A program made the translations under genes and the position numbers. A DNA stretch of 51,179 bases, the filler included, from Streblomastix strix (Eukaryota), in the NCBI GenBank assembly GCA_008636045.1. It is 3 parts of 3 records of this genome, joined end to end, with 100 filler letters (N's around TTAATTAATTAA, not from the genome) between each part and the next. Parts side by side here need not be neighbours in the genome. Positions count along the whole stretch, not along the records: positions 34,195 to 51,179 come from SNRW01000741.1; 2 more parts are not named here. One strand, given 5' to 3'. The notes beneath the pieces are model-generated. The model was not told the origin of the DNA. It was given only the letters and a program-made list of their open reading frames with translations, and made no database searches. Positions 38,558 through 51,179 of the stretch are shown here, piece by piece. Each line of letters begins with the position of its first letter. The first letter of the stretch is position 1.

Positions 38558-41500
38558 TCAAGATTGAGCTTTTTATTGCTCCTCCTATTTCATTTCCTCT
38601 TCTTTCTCATATTATAACCTCTCTTCCAATTCTTCTTTGATTCTGTCAATCAGTTTGTCAAATTGGATCTTCTCAATCATACTCGCATTTGGACCATTAT
38701 TGAATGCATCCAGTGATGGAGGAATTCGAACCTCATTAAATACAACTTCGCGATCAAGAACATCTTTTGGAACTTTCTCACTTAGGAACAGAGCTAGTTC
38801 TGCATCCTATGAATGTATGTGTGATGGTAACAATGTGGAGCAGAAGATGATCGATTCGTTTACTGAAGGCATGCTCTTTACCATCTCATCGTGGAAGCTG
38901 ATAACTTTTCGAATTATACTTACATGTGCAGATTTGTGAGCAAGTTCCAAGCTAGAAGGGAATTTGTATTTCTACATCAGCTCTTCTTCATCAGTTTAAT
39001 GCGCCATCAACTATACAATTAATTCATCCATGACTTCAATCACAACTTCTTTGTCCTCTTTATAATCAACACATCTCACAGCATTTGACAGAGTCTTAGT
39101 AATTGCCTATAAAGCATCATCTATTCTTTTTACACTTGTATTCAGATCTTCAGACCATACAACGATATCCTCTTCATTCTTAACTTTCCCTATCAACTCA
39201 ATATGCGCTGTTCTATCTGCTATTTAGATGAGTTATATTGGAAGTGTGACAAAGAATATCAAAGAGAGTATTATTATAAGAATGGATATAACAATGAATA
39301 AGACAAGAAGTATCGTGTTATATTACTAACTGTAGCTGTCCATTTTGTTAACAAGATAGTTTCCAATTCGGTTTATTCCTTCTTCGATATCTTAACCAGA
39401 TGCTTCAATAATATACTGGAATTATTCATTCTGAAAATCAATACCAGATGTTGTTGTTGGATCTTTGTTCATGGTATCTTGTACGCATAAATGAAAATGA
39501 ATCAGGAGTTATTCAAGGCCATTGAATGGATATGACATTCCAGGCATCCGATCTTAATTGTTGCAGACATCAGTGCGGGTTTAATCAGTGTCTGTATTAA
39601 CAAATAGACAATCAGTTGATCCTTAGAAAACATCATCAACAAAAGAATCTTTTCCTTACATTCTTGGCACATGGAATGCATCAAGAAGTGGATCTCCAGT
39701 TATAGCTAATGTTTCTGGACCAAATTGGAATCTATCAGTGAGTGTATTCAAAATCTATTGTAGACTCAGAATAACTGTTCGAAGATTATCTTCACTCATC
39801 GCATAAGAGTTATCTTTGAAAGCAGCAGATGTGTATTTATCAATCTTGACTATCATGCTTGTATCGTTAGTTCTATATACAGTGTTTGATACATACATTG
39901 TACTGAATGCTGATATTTGGATGATTTTCACAAGGCGACATTCATTGATTGTTATCTGTGCTGCTTTGTCAGATAATGATGATAGTGAGATAATTGCTAT
40001 AATATAGAATGAAGAATCGACAACCACAATCAATATTGTACCAATGATCATTCTCAAAGTAACAGAAATAGGAACTATATTCCCCAGATGTTTCAGTTTC
40101 TCATCGACATCTTCTGCTCTTTGTTCTGCAATTCTTTTCATTTCCTCTTCTTCTTCATTAAATTATTCTTAACCCTCAATGAATTATTAATCCATCAGCA
40201 CTTCTCCATTTTAACCAACAATCATACCTTTCTCATCAACTTGACCTTCTCCTTGAATCTATCCATCTATTCCTTATCCAACATATCCATATTATTAAAG
40301 CTATTGATACTATGCTGTTGTATATCCATTAGTTCCATCATGCATCATACTTGGATGAATCATTCCTGGATGAATCATACCTCCTTAATGCATATCAGGG
40401 TGTTACATCATCCCTGGGTGCATTCCTGGATGTTACATCATTCCTGGATGTTGCATCATTCCTGGATGTTGCATCATACCTGGGTGCATCATCATACCTT
40501 AGTGCATATCTGGATGCATTCCAGGGTGCATTCCAGGGTGTTACATCATTCCAGGGTGCATACCAGGGTGCATTCCTGGATGTATTCCAGGATGTTATTA
40601 TGCTCCTTGGTGAATATCCTAACCTTATTAACCTTATTACATTTATTATTACATCTTCTCAAACATCGGATCTTTGCTTTATCCAATTTTATTATCAGTG
40701 CCATAAGATTCATTAGATGCTCTTGTTGATCTTGATGATAAAGATGATCTTGATGCTCCTGAAGCAAAAGAATCTTACGATTTTCTATCACTGGATGATC
40801 CTGATGCTCCAGTTGCACCCGAAGCTCCAGAAGCACCAGATGCTCCAGATTACAACGTTGCTCTCGATTGTGATACTTTGCTTTTATTCAACGCTCTCTT
40901 TTTGAAAGGATCTAATTTAGATGCAAAAGAAGATTTGGACGGACTAGCTCCTAATTTACTCCCAGATACACTGGAACCACTTTTTATGAGATTTGATCTT
41001 TCTGATTCTGATGATTCGCTTCTTCCACTCTGACCCGATTTCCCTGATTCATTAGATGCACCTGTTGAACCAGACGCTCCTGATTCACCTGAAGCTCCAG
41101 ATGCTCCAGATGCATATGAACGTGTTTCCTCAGTTGCACCAGATCTCCTAGTATTTCCTCCATCTCCATGTTTCTTCTTTCTTTTTACTCTCTTCCTTTC
41201 ATTTGGATCGTTTCTGTCTTACATGAGTGTATACATCTTCTATGCTTCATCGACTGTTATATTGCATAGTACTCTTATTTTGGCTTTACGATCTTTGATT
41301 ATCTTCGATATCTCAAGTCCCATTGGTATGTTCAACCCTATGATCATTATAAGAGTAGATACAACGAAGCATACAGCAACAACTATTATACTTATATCTG
41401 CATTTGTTTAGACAACTTTATGCGCTGTCTGAGCAACGATCTTCATCTCTTCTGTAGCTGCAAATGGAACATTTAGTGCGATAACTGCGAGTTACTATTT

Positions 41501-44500
41501 CATGGTATAAAAATCTCCTCTTTCACGAGTGGTATCTTCAGGGTTATATGTGAATAACTATAGCATAATATTAATAGCATCTTCAACCCATTGTATGAAA
41601 CGAGTTAGTTTCAATTCATCAGTAGTTGAGTTAGTTATCTACATATCGGGTCCTACTCCGATTTTCCCAACTGTTATATTCTACAATTTAACTTCATTCC
41701 ATATCGCTTTTGCGTTCCTCCATTCTTTTCTATAATAAGCCCATTCATATAATTGATGATATTCTTAGTTCAATTTAAGAAGCAAAGGATATGTAACTCC
41801 TGCTGCTACGTCATAAACTGCATCAAGTTCAGAACCACCATCTTAATCAAGGGTTAAGATACTAAACATGTAGTATGTTGAGTAATCGAGAGCTGTATTC
41901 ATATATTCTGCTACAACAATAGCTTATCTTTCAGCTCTCCCGGCTTCAACGGCACTCACAAAGTTTGTTCTTACATAAACATATGAGAATATGAAGAGCG
42001 CAATTACCAATCCTAAGGATATAAATAGGAATGAAAATATGAGGATAAGTGTTTTGGGTGATTTTGTTTGTTTTGTCTGAAGCTTCTTGAGGATTTCAGC
42101 TTTCTATGATCCAGCTCTTACTGCACCAGATGCTGATTATGAAGCAGATTTAGCTGGAGATTTAGTTAAGGAGTTTCCATCTGCAATTGAATCCGATTTC
42201 TGTAATGTTTTCCCTCCTTCAGTCTAATTAATCCCATCCTGACCTTCATTCTAATTTTATTCACCTTCCTATTATTATTGATTAGTTTAATCAGCATCAA
42301 CACCCCAAATATCATTCTAACCTATTTCATCTTCATTCTTCAATAAATCAGCTTTATTCCCTTCTTCCATCAGATCAGCCTCACCCAACATCTCAATGGC
42401 TAATCTATCATCTCCATAAAGATCTCTCATTAGTACTGAGTATTATCTGAGAATATTTGGGTTCTCTGAATGAGCTATTAGTAGTGTGTTGTATTACTCT
42501 TATGCTAATCTGGCGTTCTATGATGCTATTCGTATGTGGTGCTCGACTTTATCTACATCTACTGAACGTCTTGTAAGCAAACTCCATACACGTGTTAAAT
42601 GCGCTTTTGATATCTCATATTATTTATCAGCCTGTTGGAGTTAGAAATTAATAGAGTGTTACTTAGAATCCATCAGAGCTTATCCTGCATTCTAACTCTT
42701 AGTTACAACCTATTATGCACCTCCAGGTCCTGATTGTTCATTTAGTTTACCAGATTCCATTTGTTCTTCAGCTTATCTCATCAATCTATAAACAACCCAT
42801 CTTGATGTCCATCCAGGGAAGTATTCACATGCTTTCTATAAGTGCGCAAGTAACTTCATCTGCATTGCTGGTCTGTAGTCTTATAGGAAGAAGGCATATG
42901 CTATATGTAACTCAGCATTGTGTCGAAATTCTTCTTTGCGGAGGAAATATGCATAAAGTGAATCTGTGAACTTGAGAATATCTTAACTAGCAGCAAGTGA
43001 TTCATTCTATAGATACATCAATGATTTATCTAAATCAGAAACAGTCTTATATGGTTTTAAAACAGATTTATTCAGTTGTGAATTAGGTTTCAGAGGATAT
43101 GTGGCCATCAGTAATTCAGGATGTGATGAAAGATCAGGTGCCCAGACATATGTTGGATAATCATTCACATATGGGATCTCAAAACTATCTCGTGGAATAT
43201 CTGCATATGTTTTTGATAGAGAAGACTTACTGCTTTTAAGCGAGAGAGATTTCTCAGAAGGTTATCCCAAAGCACCTTATTAACTTAATGGAAGCATTGG
43301 TGATCCCAAATGTGAATGAACTGAATGATCTCCCAAATGGTGAGGTGTAATACTGTGATGTCCACTGTGATGACCATCTAAATGATGAGTTACTGAATGA
43401 TTCCCACTGTGATGACCATCTAAATGATGGTGCGTTACAGAATGATCTCCATGTTCATGCTCATGATGGTGCGTTACGCTGTGATTTCCGCTATGATGAC
43501 CGCTATGATGTCCATCTAAATGATGATGTGTTACAGAATGATCCCCATGTGAATGATGTCCGTCTGAATGTTAATGTGAAGTGCTATGTTCACCATGTTC
43601 ATGCTCATGTTCGTGGTGGTGTGTTACAGAATGATGTCCATCTTCATGTTCATGGTGGGTAGTGGAATGATGACCATCTTAATGATGATGCGTAACAGAA
43701 TGATCTCCGTGTTCATGTTCATGTTCGTGGTGTGCTGTGCTATGTTCTCCATGTTCATGATCATGATGAGTTGCACTATGTTCATGTGTATGTTATCCAT
43801 CTATGTGGTGATGTTCAGCACTATGTTCACCATGTTCATGATGAGTTGCACTATGTTCACCATGTTCATGATGAGTTGCAGTGTGTTCACCATGTTCATG
43901 ATGAGTTGCAGTGTGTTCACCATGTTCATGTGTATGTTATCCATCTATGTGGTGATGTTCAGCACTATGTTCACCATGTTCATGTTCATGATGTTCAGCA
44001 CTATGTTCACCATGCTCATGATGAGTTGCAGTGTGATCTCCATGCTCGTGAGAATGATCGCTATGCTCATGATGCAAATGTTCGCTATGTTCATGATGCA
44101 AATGTTCTTCATCATGTTCAGGAATATCATGCAAATGACCTCCAGTTATAGCATGTATAGGACTATGTATATAATCATGATGTTCTCCACTGTGATGACC
44201 ATCTAAATGGTGGTGTGTTGCAGAATGATTTCCATCTTAATGATGTGTTGCAGAATGATTTCCATCTTAATGATGCGTTGCAGAATGATGTCCATCTTCA
44301 TGGTGCATAGCTGAATGATGTCCATCTTCATGGTGCATAGCTGAATGATGTCCATCTTCATGGTGCATAGCTGAATGATGTCCATCTAAATGGTGGTGTG
44401 AAGTTGCAGAATGATCACCATGTGAATGATGTCCATCTTCATGGTGCATAGCTGAATGATGTCCATCTCCATGTGAATTATGTATATGATGATGTGGATG

Positions 44501-46224
44501 ATGATGATGCACATTATGCGCTCCGTGTTCTTTAGTCAGTACTCTTATAACATGCTTCTATGCACCAAGATGCTGATGAAACTATTCAGGTACTTCCTCA
44601 AGGACTGGATTCAGTATATATCCAATTTCTTCACCTTCACCCATCATTATACCGAAACCAACTGTTATCTCTTTTAGTTTAATCTTCTATTTGTTATTAT
44701 TTACGTTTGTTGTATCAGGTTTAAAAAGCGAATCTTTAGTTGTTAAATTGGTAACTGTTGATTATAGAGATGATGATCCTGATGATGATCCTGAATGGTT
44801 TCCTGGGGTTTGATGAGTTGTTGAATTTAACTTTTGTTGATCAACATGCCCTTTCTTATTCAGATTGAATACTTCCTTATTCAATTCAGCTGGATTTGTA
44901 TGTTTTGCTTCTCTTAGAACAGTTACAGGTTTTATAACCCATTTATTACGAGCTATTCTTCCAGCGAGTATATATGCAGCAAACGCTGATATAACAACTA
45001 CAACTATAATTGATAAGTAGAAAATGATATTAGCCAGTACTTTCAATCCAACGTTACCCATTGAACTCAAAGCATTCAGGGGTGTAAGAATTAAGCTGAC
45101 AATTCCACCAGATGCTGACATCCATAAACAAACTGCAGCTAGTTGATTTCCACCAATTCTCTTGTATGGAACTTTGAATATGACATATGCACCATATAGG
45201 CCATGCACTAATGTATGCAGAATTGATGAATATAGCGGAGCTTCTTCAACTAAGATTGTTTGAATAACAGTCGATATATTCTGCACAACAAGCAACCAGC
45301 CGTTGAAAATTCCATCACGGCTCGCCACAACGAACTTCGTGTGCATTAATGGCTCAAAGGAGAAAAGTCTTACCACAAATGAGAAAACAAGTGCAATGAT
45401 CATGATTATTATTCCAATAATAGCTTCAGCCAGATTCAGCTTAGGATTGCAATACTCCCCAAACACCTTATCCAGATGTATTATGCAGTTCAAAGGCCGT
45501 GTCATGATGTTGTACATCACACCAGGAGATATGATAAGTGTTGTCCAGACTAATAATTATGAAAGTGTCTGCAGATCTTCTGGGACCCTCTTTTCTTATA
45601 TGTTGAATATGGTCATAAGAACTCCTATAAAAACTGTTGTGAAGAACATGATGGCAAAGAGGATGAAGAAGACGATTAGTGTTGTGTTGGATGGCAGGAA
45701 GAATGATGGGTCGAAATAGAGACTGGGAAAGAGTTAAATTAAATAAATAAATAATAATAGGGAATAATGTTTGATAAATAAATAATAATAAGGAATAAAA
45801 TTTGAAAAAAAAAATAATAATATTTACTTACCCGATCTTCTTCAGCACTTCCTGGAATCCAATGCTTGTTATATCAGAGCGTTTTAGTGGCTAAAAGAAA
45901 GCCTGGAAAGTCTGAAGGCCGAGCATCACACCAAGACCCACACTAGAATACTTTGCTTCATGCTGTATATCGAATTAATAATTTGATTATGAAAATCGGG
46001 GCAGACACTAATATTTCATACCATTTTAAAAGAATATATGTACTGAAACAATCTGTTAAAGATGCAAATATGATAAAATGTAAAAAATTAAACAGCAATA
46101 ATGTTTCAAACAGGTCGTCAATCTTGGAAAAGCGTGCATAAGCCATTGAAGTCTCTAAAGTGCTCGATCTTGAGTTTACGGAGGATCCAGACTGTATTGA
46201 GCGCTTATCTTCGCTTATTGACAT
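38558..46224 (-). CDS. TmcB/TmcC-like giant polytopic membrane protein (~2,480 aa) with His-rich insert, HPGM repeats and C-terminal hemerythrin domain
   Basis: ATG at 46224. Introns 46053-46111, 45963-46021 and 45723-45831. N-terminal multi-TM block, then the TmcB-type helical motif AQEQYNTLLIAHSENPNILRQYSVLMRDLYGDDRLAIEML, further TM pairs, and HQTDE/HKSAH/HIHSQD. Track ORFs at 45520, 44512 and 44134 share one frame. TGA at 38558 (possibly ~38456 if a homopolymer error). Confidence 0.85.
40340..40600 (-). repeat. Coding tandem repeat (Q)HPGM(M)
   Basis: QQQHPGIHPGMHPGMHPGMMQHPGMHPGM..., in frame within the giant gene. Confidence 0.85.
43310..44515 (-). repeat. Coding His-rich tandem repeats (HEDGHHSAMH, HHEHGEHSA, HHLDGHHSG)
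   Basis: Imperfect ~30-nt units, in frame with the flanking exon when TAR=Gln. Confidence 0.9.
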
Positions 46225-47042
46225 TCACAATCTGTGAAACAGTCTGTAATTGCAGTTTAAAAAAAGAAAAGAAATAAAAAAATTTATTTAAAATAAAAGA
46301 AATAAAAGAAATTTAGTTAAAAATTTAATTAAATTTACGAATTTAAATTAAGAAAATACTATAATATGGATAAGTTATCCAAGATAGCTGGGGTATAAAA
46401 TTTGAATTTGTATTGTCCAGTGTGAAAATTCTCAATTTAGTTTGATAAAAAAAATATTAATCGCTTAAAGATAAATCTTTAAAATTTTAGAATATAAAAT
46501 TGTGCGCATTGATAGTACGCAAATTTAATGTAAATATTAGCAAAAATAATCTATATATGAGCTGAAAAATTAATTTTCATTAAATATTGACGGATATTAT
46601 TGGAAGAGAAATAAAATGGGTAATTAGACAAAGAAAAAGTTTTATAATCTGGAAAATATAATAAATAATTGTGTATAATCTTGATAATATGTAACGTCAA
46701 AGAAAAAAGTTTTTTTAAAAAGTTTGCAAGGCAGAATGGGGCCAAATATAAAGTCGCTTAATAGTGAGAAAAATATATTTAACACATTACTGCTAATAAA
46801 ATTTAATTGAATCAAATGCAAAACACTCTCATTCAAAGATTTCTAACTAAAAAATTTGCTGCGCTTATTGATTTTGCTGCGTCAAGGATTAGGTTACTAT
46901 CTTAGTAGAGAAACGATTAAGCTGATTCAATCAATCCATCTTCCTGTAAAAACGACAAAATTAATTATTAAAAAACAAATAATGTGTAATAAATATAAAA
47001 AAATATTAAATTTAATTAAATATAATTTATTCTTATTTCTAC

Positions 47043-49055
47043 CTCTATATCTTCCAGTACTCGCTTTTATGTAACTCTTATACAGTCACTTTCATCTTCA
47101 TCCTCTTTCGCTATTACTTCAACATCATAATTCATTTCATACTTCATATCTTTCAGTTGATTGTGCTTTTTCATGTGCGATAGGAACCTGCTAAAAAGAA
47201 CCATTTCCCCACAATATTCACATTCAGTACTAAAATCAGTATCATCTTTTCCCATCTTTTTTTGTGCTTCTTCTTCCTTTTCTTCATTCCTGAGTTATAT
47301 CAATTTCTTGAGCAGATCAAACAGAGTCCAAAGTGACCATTGAATAATATCATCATCCTCTTCTGAGTAAATCTATTGAAATATGAGAGGAAGAGCACTT
47401 ATACTGCATTTATGCACCGAATTATTGTTTTATTCAACAATTTTCAACTCGTTCTCATTCTTTTCCCCTTTATTCAACTCCAAATCCATCATATTTCTCC
47501 ATTCATTCTTTTTAATCTTTCTTCTTCTCCTTATTTCTTTCGTTTCTTTCACAATCCACTCTTTCTCTCCAGATACGATAACATTATCGACCAGCTAAGT
47601 TGCAAATGAGCGTATAACTGTATATGGATGACACAGATACAGAATTACTTTGCTCAATGGGTCAGTGTATTTGGTCATATTAACTTTATCGTTCTAAACA
47701 TGAAATCCTTTCTTCTTATTTTTTAATTTCTCATCATTTTCTGATCTCTGCTACATTTGTGAACACATTTACTTAACTGTATTAATATCCTTTTCAATGA
47801 ATTCCTTCATCGAGTAGATCAAATTCCTGATGAAACGGTAATTATAGTCAAATTTCTCCTGTGTTGGACATGACGATGGCTTCAAATCGCAGTTCACACA
47901 TAGTCCAATTTCATCAATCCAACCAGAATGCAAATGAGGAATGCGCTTTATTGGAGATATTGGTTTCGGATAATTTGTCTTAACATACTAAAGTGCAGGA
48001 ATTGGCATGGCTTTGTTGATTATTGTAAGGAAATTATTATAGTATTTGAATGAAAATTCAAAGTCCTAATTTCTTGCTAAATCTAATAGGCATGATGCAC
48101 AAACACGAATTTTGGCAGACCTGCTTTAAATATACTTAGACCCAATTTCAATTCCATTTCTATTTGCAATTTCCTTCTTTATTTATTTAGTACCAAAAGA
48201 ATATGCAGAGATTGAATCAAGAATTGTTTCCAGTTTTGTTAACCCATATCGATTACGTTTCTTCTTTTATTCTGATTTATTGGCATGAATTAAACGATTT
48301 TCTTCCTCTTATAACTTCAAAAACAGCAAATCCAAGATTGGAATAAAGTGTTCATCGTAATAATTACTGATAATTTCAAATTCAGAGATAGAATATGCTA
48401 AACTTTCTTTGATATGCGCTGGTGTAGATTAATCCATGAATAAATTCAACATTGTATTAGTCAATTTATTTCCTTTGAAATTTTGTTTCAATTAATTTCT
48501 TTCACATTTGATCATGTCGAGATACTTTGTAGAAATAATTTCAATGATTTAAATTGCAATTTCTGCTTCTTTGCTTTGCGCATCTACTATTAAAAGCTCA
48601 AGTTCATTCAACAAATCGTTAAATTACTCAGCTTTACACATCTATATCTACACAGTACCAATATGATTCAAGATTTTTTCAAGAATTGTTAATCGCTCAG
48701 TGGAATCTTTTTAAGTCAGCTGCTCAACAAAGCTAGGAACTAATTTGTGATCCAATCAGAAGTAAATTTGAGTTGTTATAAATTAAATTTAAAATCAAAC
48801 GATTTTTCAACACATTGCCCCTTATATTTGAGCTAACCTGCTTTCCAATGCAAATTTCAAGATGACGCATTATCTGAGTAATAAAGAAAAGTTAAATAAT
48901 GAAATATATTCAAATGACATTATTTATGTATTATTTAAGAAAATCTGTATTACGTACTGGGAAAAATTAGAGGGAGCGGTGGTTATGACGAATTTTTGAT
49001 TTTTTAGTAATTTTTAGTCTTTAAGTTGGTCGTTATGTTTCAAATCAATGCACAT
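47043..49055 (-). CDS. Hypothetical helical (ARM/HEAT-like) protein with C-terminal CxxC...HxxxH zinc finger
   Basis: Long near-open frame DHKLVPSFVEQLTQKDSTERLTILEKIL... ending ECEYCGEMVLFSRFLSHMKKH. Intron ~48874-48957. The 5' structure, the last exon and possible frameshifts are unresolved. Confidence 0.6.
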
Positions 49056-49161
49056 TAAAATTTATTAATAAAATATGCAAAGTGCAAATCAAAATAAAAC
49101 AAAAACAATTAATAGAAAAAATATTAAAAAAAAAGAAAATAACTCATCAACCAAAAGTTGT

Positions 49162-51179
49162 TCATACAAAATCAAACTCGCTACCCTTCTCACCCTCGTT
49201 CACAAATCCAAAGGAGCTAAATCCATCCTTATTATCTTCTTTCCTTGCTCCAACTACATTTCCAGTTCCAGATCCTAAATTTTCATTTGAACTCGCTTTG
49301 GTTTGTGAAACGGTCGAAATGAAATTGAATTGTTGAGGTTATGCTGAATAGTTGCCAAATTACTATTGCTATACTGGCTGAAATGCGTTATTGGTTCCTG
49401 CTTTTTACTGCTGTGGTCCACCAAACATAGATGTGATATCACTGAATGATTGTTGCTGCTATTATTGTTTCAATTTCGTATCTTATAATATTTATGGATT
49501 TGTAAATTGCTGTGTTTGTGATTATACGAAGTGAGGTGCATATTGAGCATATGGTGTGTTTTGTGGTGGTTTGCTATTATTATTGTCAAAGTCAAGATCT
49601 ATCAATTAATCGTCTTCATTATTATTATTATTATTACTAATATTATTACTTTTATTTATGTTCTTTTCATTAGTTGGTTTATTCATCTCTATTCTACTTT
49701 CATTCATTTTATTCTCTAATACCTATCCAATATTACTGACTTATTATTATTGTTATTATTATTAATTATTCATTTATATAACTCCACTTTCTTTCACTTT
49801 CAACCTGGATTCAATCCTTCCAAACAATTACTGCACTTTCACACGGACAAGCGAAATAACTCCACCTGAACTTAATCCTTAGATCTGACTTTATGCAATT
49901 ATTTATTGGATATTAGATTTTTATTAATATACTAGATTTATCAATTCAGGATTAAATTCTATTATTCTGTCATCACTGATAAGTGAATCGAGAAAAAATA
50001 TGGATCTGGTTTGTGTTGGATTGATCGATTTTGATGACGTTTGTGTTTGTGATTATATTAGTTACTATTATTGTTGTTGTTATGGTTATAAAATACCCTG
50101 GATAAGAAGCTATCCGACTTTTAAAGCATCAAATCTTCGCGATTTTTCTACAAATTCTGTCAGTTCCTGTTTGGATGGTGATACAAATATACCTGATGAT
50201 GATTATTGTTGTTGATTACCAACTGCTTAATTCACTAATTCATATTCATTTCCTATTTATTTCCCAATTTTATTAGCATATTCCAATTACTTATTATTCT
50301 CCTTCTAGTTCTCTTTTAATTTATCCTTTGATTACTAAAATTCATTATCCATCTTATTAACTGATTAATTCAATTAATCATTACTTTATTTCTTATCAAA
50401 TCCACCGAGTTTCCTTGGCGCCAAAACAACTTGTTCAGGTTGAGATGAATATGTTGATGTCTTCGATGATGATGCGATCGATTTAGCAGCGATTCCTTTG
50501 ATATCTCCTGGGTTCATTCCAACTGGAGACGAGCTTCCATAATTTTTATCAGATTCAGTTTTATTATTATCTGTTGTCAATTTGAAAGATGAATCGTATT
50601 TCTCGCCAGCGTTGAACTGCGTGTTCCACCCAAAGCTCTTATTTGCGATGCTGTCTTTACCTTTTGTTACAATATCAATGATTCCTGCAATTCCGCTTTT
50701 CTCATTTTCTTTGTATATTGATGTTCCGCACCCTTCTAAATTGATTGATGAGTTTTATTGCGAATCGGAATTGTAGTTATTGTCAGAGTGGATATCATCT
50801 GATATTCGATCAGTTCCGATTTGTTCAGTGGATTGTTATATGCGCGGCTGTTGCTTCTCGAACATAAGATTCATTATTTTCTGGGTTGGTTGGTTAATTA
50901 TATATATGAAATTAATTTGAATTTTAATACTATGAAAAAAATAATATATATAATAAATTTATTATTAATATTACAAACTTTCCCATTCTCCAAGAATGAC
51001 GCATGGAGTGCAACATCTTTTGGAGAAGAAACTACTGAATTTTATTCTAAAGATTTATTAAGAAAAAATAAAAAATAAAAAAAATAATAATTTTTTTTGT
51101 AAACTTAAATGACTTTCTATTAATTATGCACGTGTTCTTGACTAGTCACGAAAATTTGCATGTCCTCGCTCAAGACAGG
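49162..51179 (-). CDS. Q/S/N-rich hypothetical protein, 5'-truncated at window end
   Basis: Coding-like exons separated by AT-rich GT-AG introns (~50881-50979, ~51047-51104). Ends DGFSSFGFVNEGEKGSEFDFV-TGA. Internal frame not fully traced. Confidence 0.6.

Noticed and set aside
43586..44206. Met-rich and Val/His-rich plus-strand ORFs, and 40088..40729
   Set aside because: Antisense shadows of the His-rich and HPGM repeats of the minus-strand gene.
43310..44515. CRISPR-like array
   Set aside because: Tandem codon-phased units without unique spacers, eukaryotic context, no cas genes.
22..51078. Most short ORFs in the supplied track
   Set aside because: Computed with TAA/TAG as stops and with alternative starts, so they are fragments or off-frame artifacts under the code used here.

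Overview
The window is three unrelated ~17-kb contigs (1-16999, 17100-34094, 34195-51179) joined by artificial N-TTAATTAATTAA-N linkers. The DNA is very AT-rich and eukaryotic, with short GT-AG introns and TAA/TAG read as Gln (TGA the only stop). The supplied ORF track is therefore mostly fragments and shadow ORFs. The features fit an oxymonad such as Streblomastix (inference). Contig 1 holds a rearranged DIRS-type RT/RNase H relic, a decayed Polinton/Maverick-like virus block (KilA-N, fibre-like genes, a small amphipathic lytic-like peptide, a putative major capsid gene), a tRNA-like structured element, a hAT MITE with a perfect 8-bp TSD, a member of an expanded small gene family and a CK1/TTBK-type kinase. 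Contig 2 is an 8.36-kb inverted duplication, most likely an amplification fold-back chimera. It carries a protein-primed PolB relic, an AGTAGT-type terminal inverted repeat pair, a hAT transposase relic and a multi-TM gene. Contig 3 holds two mosaic paralogs, two hypothetical genes and the most interesting gene: a ~2,480-aa TmcB/TmcC-like polytopic membrane protein with a ~400-aa His-rich insert, HPGM repeats and a C-terminal hemerythrin domain, a candidate O2/metal sensor. All translations were done by hand, and pseudogene boundaries are approximate.
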